In this document: positions 35,891 to 45,512 of the stretch, in pieces | Layout: each line of letters starts with the position of its first letter | Numbering within the stretch: the stretch's first letter is position 1 | Assembly: GCA_965208065.1 (NCBI GenBank) | Contig: OZ242313.1 | Location: 1,349,171 to 1,413,170 of the forward strand | DNA length: 64,000 nt | From: Spirochaetia bacterium | GTDB taxonomy: Bacteria; Spirochaetota; Spirochaetia; SZUA-6; Bin103 | Reading direction: 5' to 3' | Notes under the pieces: generated by a model | What the model was told of the DNA's origin: nothing | Seen by the model: only the letters and a program-made list of their open reading frames with translations | Database searches by the model: none | Position numbers and translations under genes: made by a program

Positions 35891-35983
35891 GCTCCGGTTT
35901 GGTTGAAACTAAGGGGCTGGCGACGGTCCCCGAGGGAAACCCCGCCAACCCCTGTTCAGCTTATCGCAGTGCCGATAGGGCCG

Positions 35984-37795
35984 CTACGGCTGCATGTTCG
36001 TGTCGATCCAGATGCTCTTTGCCAGCGAGTGCCAGCCCTGGATGCCGACGTTGCTGATCTCGCCACTGTACCCCTTCACCCATGGGTTCCAGAACGTCAG
36101 CTTGTCGAACGCGACGCCGCCTGGGTAAATGGCCTCCTCCAGCGCCTTGGGAAAGAACTCCCGCCACGCCGCCATCCTTTTCTGTTCGTCGAGCTCGGTC
36201 TCAACAACCTTGAGAATCTCGTCGTACATCGGGTTGTTCACCCGCGCGCTGTTGACAGTGCCATTGCTGGACAGCTGATAGATGACTACGTTGAACGGAT
36301 CCTGCCAATTGCCGGGGGTCCAGCTCGTCAGTCCGAGGTGGTCCTCCCGGTCCTTGACCGACTGCCACACCGCGAGCTCGACTACCTTGAGGTTGGCGCG
36401 GATGCCCACCTCGTTCCAGTAGCCCTGGTACAGCTCGTTGAACTCGGCCTCACCCGGCGGACTCCACAGATCGAACTCGAAGCCGTCGGGGTACCCGGCC
36501 GCGGCGAGACACTCGCGCGCCTTGTCGGGATTGTAGGTGACCACATCGCGAGCGCTGGCGCACGAACCAGGCAGCGTCGGCTCGGTCGGCAGATCGTCGT
36601 ACCCGACAAACCAATCCGCGAAGTTCGGGAACGTCGGATAAGCATACGGACTGGCGAATCCGCCGTAGAAATCCTCGACGATCTCGTCGCGCGGAATGGA
36701 CATCATGAGCGCCTGCCGCACCTTGATGTCACTGAATGGACTATCCGGCAGATCCACGCGCGGCACCCAGACCGCAGGGGTCGCGGCGGCCGGGAACTGG
36801 CCAATCTCGGGGTTCGTCTCCTTGAGCTGCAGACCCCACTTGCCCGATGAGCCGAGGCCGTTGGTCAGGTCGATCTGGCCGGCCCGCAGCGCTGCGATGA
36901 TCGAAGCCTCGTCGTCGAAGTCGACAACGCGAAAGGTGTCGGCGTAGGGCAGCCGCATGTCGGTGTGGATCGGGTCGTTCTCCCAGTAGTTGGGATTGCG
37001 CTTGTACGTGACGGTACTGCCAGGCACGAAATCAGTCGGGATGTATGCGCCGGTACCGAGTGAGTTTCGCCAGTCCCCCCAATCGTCCTGGGGAATGTTC
37101 TGCATCCCCGAGTTGAAGATGAAGGCGTACTGCGACATGTTGAAGGCCGCTTGGGTCGCGTCCGGCTCGGGCCACGACATCTCCAGCGTGTGGTCGTCGA
37201 GGGCGGTCCAGGTGATAGCCCCGGCTTGGCCGGACTGGAAGAAGTTCATCGTGTCCCACGACCAAACCGCGTCATGGGCAGTCAGTTCGCGTCCGTAGTC
37301 AGCCTCGAGGCCCGGGTTCGGTTCCGCCAAGTCCTCTTTTGCCCAGAAGTGGACGCCTTCGCGCATCTTGAACACCATTGAGGTGCTGTTGGGCATCGAC
37401 CAGCTCTCCGCCAGCAGGGGAGCCACGTAGAGAGGCGGTGTCGCCGCCACGAAGTTCGGGTAGTCACCCGTGCCCGAGGCACCGCGCGCCCAGTCGAGCT
37501 GCGAGAGGCGCTGGTTGGTTATCTGGACGTTGGCCAGCTCGTGCGGTCCGCCACCGCCTCGCGGATCCCAGTTCGAGAACGAGACCAGCAGGATCTCGCG
37601 GTTCATCGTGATCGTGCCGCCGTAGCGCGGTTTCTCGTACTCCCTGGTCATGGTGGTGCCGTCGAGCTTGGTCAGTTCTACGGTGACGAACTCGGCCTCG
37701 GCGGCGGCTTCTTCGGCGGCCGAGGCAAATAGGGCGGTCGCTGCGAGCACGAGCCCAAGCCCGACTGCCGCCGCCCTCCTGATGGAGTGAAGCAT
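35984..37795 (-). CDS. ABC transporter substrate-binding protein, family 5
   Basis: Start trimmed to MLHSIRRAAAVGLGLVLAATALFA (signal peptide), preceded by GGAGGAG. About 603 aa. Confidence 0.8.
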   Translation of the reverse strand: MLHSIRRAAAVGLGLVLAATALFASAAEEAAAEAEFVTVELTKLDGTTMTREYEKPRYGGTITMNREILLVSFSNWDPRGGGGPHELANVQITNQRLSQLDWARGASGTGDYPNFVAATPPLYVAPLLAESWSMPNSTSMVFKMREGVHFWAKEDLAEPNPGLEADYGRELTAHDAVWSWDTMNFFQSGQAGAITWTALDDHTLEMSWPEPDATQAAFNMSQYAFIFNSGMQNIPQDDWGDWRNSLGTGAYIPTDFVPGSTVTYKRNPNYWENDPIHTDMRLPYADTFRVVDFDDEASIIAALRAGQIDLTNGLGSSGKWGLQLKETNPEIGQFPAAATPAVWVPRVDLPDSPFSDIKVRQALMMSIPRDEIVEDFYGGFASPYAYPTFPNFADWFVGYDDLPTEPTLPGSCASARDVVTYNPDKARECLAAAGYPDGFEFDLWSPPGEAEFNELYQGYWNEVGIRANLKVVELAVWQSVKDREDHLGLTSWTPGNWQDPFNVVIYQLSSNGTVNSARVNNPMYDEILKVVETELDEQKRMAAWREFFPKALEEAIYPGGVAFDKLTFWNPWVKGYSGEISNVGIQGWHSLAKSIWIDTNMQP

Positions 37796-37961
37796 CAATT
37801 TGCTCCTCCTCTGATTTACTAGTAGGCATGTTCCGGCGGTTCCGTCCCATGCGCTTTCGCGCCTTATACTCTCTCTTGCGCTCTCAGTCAACCCCGTGGT
37901 GTGCGTGCTTTGCGTGCTTGCGGTTCTGGATGTACGTGAATCGTCAACATATACTATGTAC

Positions 37962-38192
37962 ATGAAACCTATACAGGTCATGTTCGACGAGGCGCTCCTG
38001 GCGCGGCTCGATGCGTCGGAGGAGGTGCGCCGGGAGGGGCGGTCGGCGATTCTGCGGCGCGCGGCGGCGGAGTTTCTGCAACGCAGACAGCGGCACCTGA
38101 TTGCCGAGCAGTACCGCGATGCCTATGCGGGCGGGCTCGACGGCGAGGAACTGGCCGGCTGGAGTGAGGAAGGCTCGTGGCCGGGGGGCTGA
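37962..38192 (+). CDS. Ribbon-helix-helix (CopG-like) antitoxin, MazE-role
   Basis: MKPIQVMFDEALLARLDASEEVRREGRSAILRRAAAEFL is an RHH pattern. Overlaps the MazF-like gene by 16 nt. ATG 37956 is an alternative start. Confidence 0.7.
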   Translation: MKPIQVMFDEALLARLDASEEVRREGRSAILRRAAAEFLQRRQRHLIAEQYRDAYAGGLDGEELAGWSEEGSWPGG

Positions 38193-38503
38193 ATCGGGGA
38201 GAGATCTGGCAGTATGCGTTCAAGTCCCCGGACAAACGGCGCCCGGTAGTAATTATCAGCCGTCAGGAAGTAATCCCGCTGCTGCACACCGTGATGGTCG
38301 CTCCCATAACGTCGACCATCCACGGTTCTCCCGCCGAGGTGGCGGTCGGCGTGGACGAGGGCCTCAAGGGGGCTTCGGCCGCCAACCTCGATCACGTACA
38401 GACCGTGGAAAAGGCACGGCTGAGCCGTTTCATCGGGCGCCTTCCGGCGAACAAGATGCGCCAGATCTGTCTCGCTCTCGCTCGCGCAACCGGCTGTGAC
38501 TGA
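38177..38503 (+). CDS. mazF: MazF/PemK family endoribonuclease toxin
   Basis: RGEIWQYAFKSPDKRRPVVIISRQ...VMVAPITST...ANLDHVQTVEKARL is the typical PemK/MazF pattern. GTG start. Confidence 0.8.
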   Translation: MAGGLNRGEIWQYAFKSPDKRRPVVIISRQEVIPLLHTVMVAPITSTIHGSPAEVAVGVDEGLKGASAANLDHVQTVEKARLSRFIGRLPANKMRQICLALARATGCD

Positions 38504-38522
38504 AGCACCGCGGCCTCGACCA

Positions 38523-39359
38523 CTACCACATCACGTAGCCGCCGGGGGTGTTGACGTCCTGGCCGGTGAAGCTGCCGGCCTCGTCGGAGGCGATGAACAC
38601 CGCCATGGCGGCGGCATCGTCGGAGGTGCCGTGGTCCTGCACGTAGCCCTCGGCCTGCAGCCAGTGGCCGCACAGCACCTTGTTGGCCGGCTTGGGGCCG
38701 GGCCGGTAGTTGATGTAGGTATCCTCGTCGAACGGCTCGCCGACGTACTCCGCAAACGCCTTGGCGAGTTCGTGGTCGCGCGCCGAGTGGCCGCCGGGGC
38801 AGATGGCGTTGACGGTAATGTTGTAGCGGCCTACCTCGGCCGCCAGCGTGCGGGTAAGACCGATCACCGCCATCTTGCTGGTGGCGTAGGAGGAGCGGTG
38901 CGCCAGCGGCTGCTTGCCGGTCGGCGAGCTGAACATGATGATCCTGCCGCGCCGCCGTTCGATCATCGACGGCAGCGCCGCCTTGCAGCACAGGAAGATG
39001 GAGTCGAGATTGACCGCCAGCACCTGCTTCCACTCGGCCAGTTCGAGGTCCCACAGGTCCTTGGTGGGGCCGGCGATGCCGACCACCGGCGCGACAATGT
39101 CGATGTGGCCGTACTCGGCGAGCGTGCGCGCTACCATGTCGTTGACCTGCTGTTCGTCCGATACGTCGGTGCGGAAGCACAGCGCGCGGCTACCCGCCTC
39201 GCGGACCTGCGCGCCGGTGGTCGCGTCCAGTTCCTCGGGCGGACACAAGTCGCAAATCGCCAGCAGCGCGCCCTCGGCGGCGAACCGCCTGGCCATTGCC
39301 TGCGCGTGGCCGCGCGCCGCGCCGGTAATCAGCGCCACCTTGTCCTGCAAGCGTCCCAT
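38523..39359 (-). CDS. SDR family oxidoreductase
   Basis: KVALITGAARGHAQAM (TGxxxG-like) and the Y-x3-K motif (YATSKMA). 278 aa. Confidence 0.8.
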   Translation of the reverse strand: MGRLQDKVALITGAARGHAQAMARRFAAEGALLAICDLCPPEELDATTGAQVREAGSRALCFRTDVSDEQQVNDMVARTLAEYGHIDIVAPVVGIAGPTKDLWDLELAEWKQVLAVNLDSIFLCCKAALPSMIERRRGRIIMFSSPTGKQPLAHRSSYATSKMAVIGLTRTLAAEVGRYNITVNAICPGGHSARDHELAKAFAEYVGEPFDEDTYINYRPGPKPANKVLCGHWLQAEGYVQDHGTSDDAAAMAVFIASDEAGSFTGQDVNTPGGYVMW

Positions 39360-39408
39360 GGTCGTTCCTCCTTGTCGATTGCGTCGATTGCGTCGTTTAC
39401 GCGTGCGG

Positions 39409-40260
39409 TCAGCCGCGCGCGGCGGGTTTTAGGTAGCCGCTAAGTTCGTAGCTGCGGTGCGCCAGCTCGGCGTCGCCCTGGTAGTCGGTAAGGTGCGGCC
39501 GGATCATTGCCAGCTCATCCGCCGGCAGCGAATCCGGCGGCGGCTCGATGTTTCCCTGGTAGGAGGCGCGCAGCCGTTCGCTCAGTTCGGCGTAGCGCGG
39601 CAGGTACCAGGTGGTGAGCACGGTGCGCCGCTCGCCGGTGGTGTTGGCATGCGCGGCGTGCAGCACGCGCGAGTCGCCGATTACCAGGTCGCCCGCCGTC
39701 ACCGGCACGTCCACCTCGCCGGGCAGCGTCTGGTAGCCGGGCGCGGTGTCGGGGTCCAGGTGGCGGATGCCGTCGTCGTGGCTGCCGATCAGGTCATGCG
39801 CTTCCAGGCGGCGCCGGTGCGACTGCGGCAGCACGCGCAGGCAGCCGTTCTCCGGCCGGGTGTCGGTGAGGTACCACATCAGGAACAACTGGTGCGGCAC
39901 CGGGTCGGCGCTCTCCGGTTCCGACCACCACACCCAGTCCTGGTGCCAGTACAGGCGCGTGGAGTGCGCCTCCTTGCAGATGACCGAGCCGGCCCAGTAG
40001 CGCGCGCCGTGGAAGCCCAGCTCGCGCAGCGCCGCCCAGGTGGGCGGCCAGGCGACCAGCTCGGCGAATGCCCGGTCCTGGAAGCGGATCCTCACCACGC
40101 TGCCCTGGTTGCCGCGCTGCTGCCGCTCCTCCTCGGGGTAGGCGTCGAGCAGCCGGTCGCTCGCCAGCCGCAGGCGCGCCAGCAGGCCGCCGTCGAGCAG
40201 CCCCGGAAACACGCAGAACCCGTCGTCCAGAAGTTGCTGTCGCTTGCTCGGTTCGCTCAT
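39409..40260 (-). CDS. Phytanoyl-CoA dioxygenase (PhyH) family protein
   Basis: The last 283 codons of ORF 39409..41208(-), starting at MSEPSKRQQLLDDGFCVF. H-x-D (WHQDW) and distal His (VLHAAHAN). Confidence 0.8.
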   Translation of the reverse strand: MSEPSKRQQLLDDGFCVFPGLLDGGLLARLRLASDRLLDAYPEEERQQRGNQGSVVRIRFQDRAFAELVAWPPTWAALRELGFHGARYWAGSVICKEAHSTRLYWHQDWVWWSEPESADPVPHQLFLMWYLTDTRPENGCLRVLPQSHRRRLEAHDLIGSHDDGIRHLDPDTAPGYQTLPGEVDVPVTAGDLVIGDSRVLHAAHANTTGERRTVLTTWYLPRYAELSERLRASYQGNIEPPPDSLPADELAMIRPHLTDYQGDAELAHRSYELSGYLKPAARG

Positions 40261-40274
40261 CCCCCGTTCCTTTC

Positions 40275-41330
40275 TTATTCGTATTCCATGATGGCGCGGC
40301 CCATCACTTCGCCCGCCTTCAGCGCCGCGCACGCCTCGTTGATCTGCTCCAGCCGGTAGCGGTCGGTGACCAGCCGGTCGAGCGGGAACAGCCCGTCCCG
40401 GTACCAGCGCAGGAAGATCGGAAAGTCGCGGTCGGGATTGGAGGCGCCGAAGCTGGTCGCGTAGCGGCGGTGGGCGGACAGCATGGCGCGCGGATCGAGG
40501 GTCATCTCGTTTCCCGGCACCCCGATCAGGACCGCGGTGCCGCCCTCGTTGCCGGCGCCCATCGACCCCGGGCGCGTGACCTCGTTGATGGTCTCGGTGG
40601 TCTGTCGCACGCCGATCGCGTCGAACGCGTAGTCGACGCCGCCGCCGCTCAGGTCCACCACCGCTTCCACCGGGTCGGTCTCGCTCGCATTCACCGCGTG
40701 CGTGGCGCCGAACTCGCGGGCCAGGCGCAGCTTGTCGGCGCGCAGGTCCACGGCAATAATCGGATCGGCGCCCCGGATCGCCGCCGCGCGTACCGCCGAC
40801 AGCCCCACGCCGCCAGCCCCGAACACCGCCACCGAGTCGCCCGGCTGCACCCGCGTGGTGTGGATTACGGCGCCGGCGCCGGTCAGCACCGCGCAACCGA
40901 TAATCGAACACAGGTCGGCCGGCTCCTCGGCGGCGATCGGCACCAGGTACTGTTCCGAGACGATGGTGTGCTCGCTCCAGGTGAAGTGCGGCCACGGAAT
41001 GGGGCTGCCGCGGTAGGTGGCGCCGCACCAGCGGTCGTCCTGCCCCATTCGCAACGGCTCTCGCCGTACCCAGGTAACGATGGCCCGGTCGCCCTCCCGC
41101 ACCCGCGTCACCGCGCTGCCGGCTTTCACCACCACGCCGGTGGCTTCGTGGCCGAACGCGGTCGGGCGCGTCCGCCCGTCGTGCAGTTCGTGCACCTGCG
41201 AGTGGCATATTCCGCTGGCGAGCAGCTTCAGGACCGCCTGGTCCGGGCGCGGATCGGGAAGATCGAGTTCATCAATGATGAGCGGCTGGCCGCTGGCGGT
41301 CTGGATGGCGGCGCGCGTGGTCATCGGCAT
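40275..41330 (-). CDS. Zinc-dependent alcohol dehydrogenase (MDR family)
   Basis: Start MPMTTRAAIQ. Catalytic Zn ligand region GICHSQVH...FGHEATGVV and Rossmann motif VFGAGGVG. Confidence 0.85.
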   Translation of the reverse strand: MPMTTRAAIQTASGQPLIIDELDLPDPRPDQAVLKLLASGICHSQVHELHDGRTRPTAFGHEATGVVVKAGSAVTRVREGDRAIVTWVRREPLRMGQDDRWCGATYRGSPIPWPHFTWSEHTIVSEQYLVPIAAEEPADLCSIIGCAVLTGAGAVIHTTRVQPGDSVAVFGAGGVGLSAVRAAAIRGADPIIAVDLRADKLRLAREFGATHAVNASETDPVEAVVDLSGGGVDYAFDAIGVRQTTETINEVTRPGSMGAGNEGGTAVLIGVPGNEMTLDPRAMLSAHRRYATSFGASNPDRDFPIFLRWYRDGLFPLDRLVTDRYRLEQINEACAALKAGEVMGRAIMEYE

Positions 41331-41445
41331 GGCAGGCTCGTCCCCACCTAAGCGCCAACCGCCCGATCCGTCAACCCCGCACGCAACGACCGGCGCGACC
41401 GGCAATCCGGTGCGCGGACGCCGGATGCTACCGCGGGCCGCCGGG

Positions 41446-42903
41446 CTAGATGCCGAGGTCGAAGTAGGTGTTGGCGATCTTGCGGAGGGCGACCACGTAG
41501 GCGGCGGTGCGGTAGTCGTCGATGCCGTCGCCGCGGTGGAAGGTGTCGCTGATTTCGTCGTAGGCCTGCCGCATGGTGTCATCCAGGCCCGAGCGGACTA
41601 GCGTCAGCTCGTCGGCGCCCGTTACCAACTCGGCGCGCAGCGCCGCGTCCGCCGGGCGGCCGGTCATCTGTTCCAGGGCGCCCACGATGCGTGCGCCGCG
41701 CCCCTCGTCCAATCGGCGGTCCATGCGCCCGAAACGGATGTGCGACAGGTTCTTGATCCACTCGAAGTAGGACACGGTCACGCCGCCGGCGTTCACGAAC
41801 AGGTCGGGCAGCACTGGGATTCCGCGCTCGCGCAGAATCTCGTCGCCGCCGTAGGTAACCGGGCCGTTGGCAGCCTCCACCACCAGCTTCGCCTGCACGC
41901 CGGCGGCGTTGCCGCGGTGGATTTGGCCCTCGACCGCCGCCGGGACCAGCAGGTCGCAGGGGGTGGCCAGGAACGCGTCGGTATCCACGTCGGTGCGCCC
42001 GCGCGGGTATCGGTCAACGCTGCCGTACTGGTCCAGGTGGGCGCGCAGCCCGGCAACGTCGATGCCGCCGTCGTCGAGCACCGCGCCTTCGCGGGTCATC
42101 ACGCCGACGATCAGCGCGCCGTCTTCCTCGGACAGGTAGCGGGCCAGGTGGAAGCCGACGTTGCCGAGCCCCTGCACCACGATCCGCTTGCCCTCCAGCC
42201 CGCCGTCGAGGCCGGCCAGCGCCAGATCCTCGGGACGGCGAAACAGCTCGCGCACGGCGAACTGCACCCCGCGCCCGGTCGCCTCGGTGCGGCCCGGTAT
42301 GCCGCCGGAGGTAACCGGCTTGCCGGTGACGCACGCCAGTGCGTTGATCTCCTCCGGGTGGATGGTGCGGTACACGTCGGCGATCCAGCCCATCTCGCGC
42401 GCGCCGGTGCCCATGTCGGGGGCCGGCACGTTGCCGCCCGGGCTCAGGTAGCCGCGCGAGATCAGCTCGCGCGCGTAGCGGCGGGTGATCGCCTCCAGTT
42501 CGCGCTCGGAGTACTGGCCGGGCTCGAGTTGCACGCCGCCCTTCGAGCCGCCGAACGGGACGTCCACCAGCGCGCACTTGTAGGTCATCAGCGCGGCCAG
42601 CGCCTCCACCTCGTCCTGGTCGACGCAGGTGGCGTAGCGGATGCCGCCCTTGGCCGGCAACTGGTGCGAGCTGTGGGTGGCGCGCCAGCCGCGGAAGATG
42701 TGCAGTACGCCGTCGTCGAGCCGCACCGGGAAGTGCACCTGCAGCACCGAGTCGCACGCCTTGATCTGCTCCGGCAGGCCGGGCGGCAGATCGAGGTGGC
42801 GCAGCGCCCGGTCCACGGCCAGCGACAGACCCTCGTTGAAGCTCGGCTCCGCCGCCCGGCTGTCCGTTGATGTTGATCTGGTCAGGGTATCGAGGCTACT
42901 CAT
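41446..42903 (-). CDS. gdh: Glu/Leu/Phe/Val dehydrogenase (glutamate dehydrogenase-like)
   Basis: Start MSSLDTL. Carries KGGIRY, PFGGSKGG and the dinucleotide fold VVQGLGNVG. Confidence 0.85.
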   Translation of the reverse strand: MSSLDTLTRSTSTDSRAAEPSFNEGLSLAVDRALRHLDLPPGLPEQIKACDSVLQVHFPVRLDDGVLHIFRGWRATHSSHQLPAKGGIRYATCVDQDEVEALAALMTYKCALVDVPFGGSKGGVQLEPGQYSERELEAITRRYARELISRGYLSPGGNVPAPDMGTGAREMGWIADVYRTIHPEEINALACVTGKPVTSGGIPGRTEATGRGVQFAVRELFRRPEDLALAGLDGGLEGKRIVVQGLGNVGFHLARYLSEEDGALIVGVMTREGAVLDDGGIDVAGLRAHLDQYGSVDRYPRGRTDVDTDAFLATPCDLLVPAAVEGQIHRGNAAGVQAKLVVEAANGPVTYGGDEILRERGIPVLPDLFVNAGGVTVSYFEWIKNLSHIRFGRMDRRLDEGRGARIVGALEQMTGRPADAALRAELVTGADELTLVRSGLDDTMRQAYDEISDTFHRGDGIDDYRTAAYVVALRKIANTYFDLGI

Positions 42904-43031
42904 CCTGTTTCCAACGTACCGGCCCCCGCCGCCGGAGAGAACACTCCCGCGCTGAACCAGGTATCCGGCGGCTCCAGGCGACATGACGTATCGGCGTTGA
43001 CTAAGGTCCACACATACATGACAGTTCATTT

Positions 43032-43274
43032 ATGAAGACCATTACGATAAATGTATCGGAGCCGGTCTATCGGGACTTCCAGCACATCGCCAAGGCGCAG
43101 GATCGGACGGCGTCCGAGCTGATTCGGCAGGCGATGGAGGAGTTCCGCGAACGGCGGATCGTCCGCTCCACCACGCTGGCCGATCTGAGCCCGGTATCCG
43201 TGGGCCGGGTGCTGGCGCCGTTGCGCCGCGGGGATGACCTGCTGGCCGAACTGCTCGACGATGGTCGGGATTGA
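43032..43274 (+). CDS. vapB: Ribbon-helix-helix antitoxin (VapB role)
   Basis: MKTITINVSEPVYRDFQHIAKAQDRTASELIRQAMEEF is an RHH pattern. Overlaps the PIN gene by 14 nt. Confidence 0.75.
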   Translation: MKTITINVSEPVYRDFQHIAKAQDRTASELIRQAMEEFRERRIVRSTTLADLSPVSVGRVLAPLRRGDDLLAELLDDGRD

Positions 43275-43692
43275 TACGACGTTCCTGGTTCAGCTTGAGA
43301 TCCGGGAGTCCGAGTCGCATGACGCAGCGCTTGAGGTGCTGCGCGAACGGATTCTGGGCCGTGACCGCGAAGCGGCGCTCGCGCCACAGGTGCTCACCGA
43401 ATTCGTGCACATCGCGACCGACCCACGTCGCTTCAAGCGGCCACTCTCCGTGGATCTGGCGGTCGGGAAGGCTGGTTTCTGGTGGAACGCTCGGGAAGTA
43501 GCGAGGGTATTCCCGGATGAGGAGTGCGTGGCGCAGTTCCTGGCTTGGATGAGGGACCACGGGCTCGGTCGCAAACGACTGCTCGACACGATGCTCGCGG
43601 CTACGTACTACGGGTGCGGCATCACCACGATCGTGACATCGAACGCCCGCGACTATCGGACATTCGGCGTATTCGAACTGATCGAGGTCTGA
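43261..43692 (+). CDS. vapC: PIN-domain toxin VapC
   Basis: MVGIDTTFLV (conserved Asp), LTEFVH (Glu) and IVTSNARDY (distal Asp). 143 aa. Confidence 0.8.
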   Translation: MVGIDTTFLVQLEIRESESHDAALEVLRERILGRDREAALAPQVLTEFVHIATDPRRFKRPLSVDLAVGKAGFWWNAREVARVFPDEECVAQFLAWMRDHGLGRKRLLDTMLAATYYGCGITTIVTSNARDYRTFGVFELIEV

Positions 43693-43724
43693 GGAGTTAC
43701 ACGGAGGTGGTAGAATCAGGCCTG

Positions 43725-44195
43725 ATGAAGGATTACTCGGAGACGATCTTCAACCTGGTGGAGTATGAGGTATGGTGCAACCTTCGAATGCTCGATTTCT
43801 TTGCCGGTCTGCCTGACGAAGAGTGCCGGCGCGATTTCGGATTCGGACTGCGCACCCCGCATCGGACAATCTCCCACGTCGCGGACGTGATGCGCGGATG
43901 GAGCGGTTGCGTCGGCCCGACAATCGAGCAGCCCGCCTGGCCGCCGTACGACGAGGCCGAGACCCTGCAGGAGATCCGGCACCGAATGGCCGCGACGGGC
44001 GCCTCATGGCTCGCGGCCGCGAAGGAGTCCCATGAACACGGCGTGCTCGTGGAGGAGCGGCGATTGAATCAACTGTTCCACCTCGTGACCCACGGCACCC
44101 ATCACCGCGGACAGCTGCTCAGCATGGTCACCCTGCTCGGGTACCCGCAACCCTTTGAAGGCGGGGACTACGGCGGCTGGTCGAATCCAGGCTGA
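43725..44195 (+). CDS. DinB family protein
   Basis: HLVTHGTHHRGQL plus an earlier His (TISHVAD), as in DinB/YfiT-like four-helix bundles. GTG 43707 is an alternative start. Confidence 0.75.
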   Translation: MKDYSETIFNLVEYEVWCNLRMLDFFAGLPDEECRRDFGFGLRTPHRTISHVADVMRGWSGCVGPTIEQPAWPPYDEAETLQEIRHRMAATGASWLAAAKESHEHGVLVEERRLNQLFHLVTHGTHHRGQLLSMVTLLGYPQPFEGGDYGGWSNPG

Positions 44196-44241
44196 CGCCG
44201 CCGCCAGGCCCTGCCGGTAATACTGTGATGCGCGGCGGATG

Positions 44242-45462
44242 CTACCGCTCGCCGCCGAGCGGGCTGCCACGCAGGAAGTCGATTATCGACTGATGTCTCA
44301 CGCCCTCGAAATCGGCCGGCTGATGAGGGTCGAGGGTAAGAAGTGTCCTCGGGTACGAGTCGGTGATCACCCGAAACGCACTCAACTCGCGCTCGATGGT
44401 GGCGCGCGTCTCCAGCAGGTACGCCACCTGTATATATTGGCGTCCCGCGCGGCTCTGCGCGACGAAGTCGATCTCGCGCGACCCCGCCCAACCTACCCAT
44501 ACTTCATAGCCGCGGCGCCTGAGCTCCAGGTACACCAGGTTCTCCAGCATGCCGCCAACGTCGCCCTCCCGGAACCCGATGATGCCGTTGCGCAGTCCGA
44601 CATCGCCCAGGTAGTACTTGTGGTTGACCTGCAGAAGCCGCCGGCCGCGCAGGTCGAAGCGGCGGACCTCGTTCAGCAGGAAGGCGTCGTCCAGGTGGGC
44701 CAGGTAGTTCAGCACCGTGTCGACCGCGGTCGACCGTCCCTGGTTCCTGATGAAGTCGGCGATGCGCTTCGCCGACACCAGGCTTCCGACGCTGTCCACC
44801 GCGAACTGCGTAATCGCCTCGAACAGGGCCACGTCGCGGATACGATGGCGGCGTACGACATCGCGAATCAGAATCGTGCTGACGATGTCGGTCAGCATCT
44901 GCTCGATGACGATGTCGCTCAGGTCCGTGTGCAGCAGTCCCGGCAGGCCGCCGATCCTGAGGTAGCGGCGGAACAGCTCGGAGCCCGCCGGCGTGTCCCC
45001 GGCACGCTGGCGATGGAGCTCCTCGAACTCCCGTAACGTGAGGGGAAACACCTGCATCGTGACGTACCGGCCGGCAATGTGCGTGGCAAGCTCGGACGCG
45101 AGCATCCGGGCATTGGACCCGGAGATCACCACCTGGGTGTGGTCCTGGCTGTTCAGTGAGGCCACGGCTCGCTCCCACTCGTGGATCTGCTGCACCTCGT
45201 CGACAATCACCACCCGCTCCCGATTGCGCCGGGTGGTGGCGTCGACCAGGTCGAACAGGTCGCGCGCCGAGCGCACGTGGTCGAACTCCAGGGACTCCAT
45301 GTCCACGTAGACGACCTGGCGATGCTCGCGGAGCGACTCCGCGAACTGGCGCAGCAGGACGCTCTTGCCGACGCGGCGCAGTCCCACGACCGCGGTGATC
45401 ACCGGCGCATCGAGGAACCGATGGAGTCGGGAAAGGTAGTGTTCGCGGCGGATCTCGATCAC
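44242..45462 (-). CDS. AAA-type ATPase with DUF4143-like C-terminal domain
   Basis: GTG start. Walker A GLRRVGKS and Walker B VVIVDEVQ. The overall layout matches the common AAA_14/DUF4143 'ATP-binding protein' family. Confidence 0.75.
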   Translation of the reverse strand: MIEIRREHYLSRLHRFLDAPVITAVVGLRRVGKSVLLRQFAESLREHRQVVYVDMESLEFDHVRSARDLFDLVDATTRRNRERVVIVDEVQQIHEWERAVASLNSQDHTQVVISGSNARMLASELATHIAGRYVTMQVFPLTLREFEELHRQRAGDTPAGSELFRRYLRIGGLPGLLHTDLSDIVIEQMLTDIVSTILIRDVVRRHRIRDVALFEAITQFAVDSVGSLVSAKRIADFIRNQGRSTAVDTVLNYLAHLDDAFLLNEVRRFDLRGRRLLQVNHKYYLGDVGLRNGIIGFREGDVGGMLENLVYLELRRRGYEVWVGWAGSREIDFVAQSRAGRQYIQVAYLLETRATIERELSAFRVITDSYPRTLLTLDPHQPADFEGVRHQSIIDFLRGSPLGGER

Positions 45463-45468
45463 ATTGCG

Positions 45469-45512
45469 ATTATATACGAAATAATCCCGTCGATGGGAGT
45501 GTATTTCGTATA
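45469..45512 (-). promoter_or_regulatory. TATAAT box 6 nt upstream of the ATPase GTG, overlapped by an 11-bp perfect inverted repeat (candidate operator)
   Basis: On the reverse strand, TATAAT corresponds to 45474-45469. The inverted repeat is TATACGAAATA (45473-45483) and TATTTCGTATA (45502-45512) with an 18-nt spacer. The patch is AT-rich within a GC-rich genome. Confidence 0.4.
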
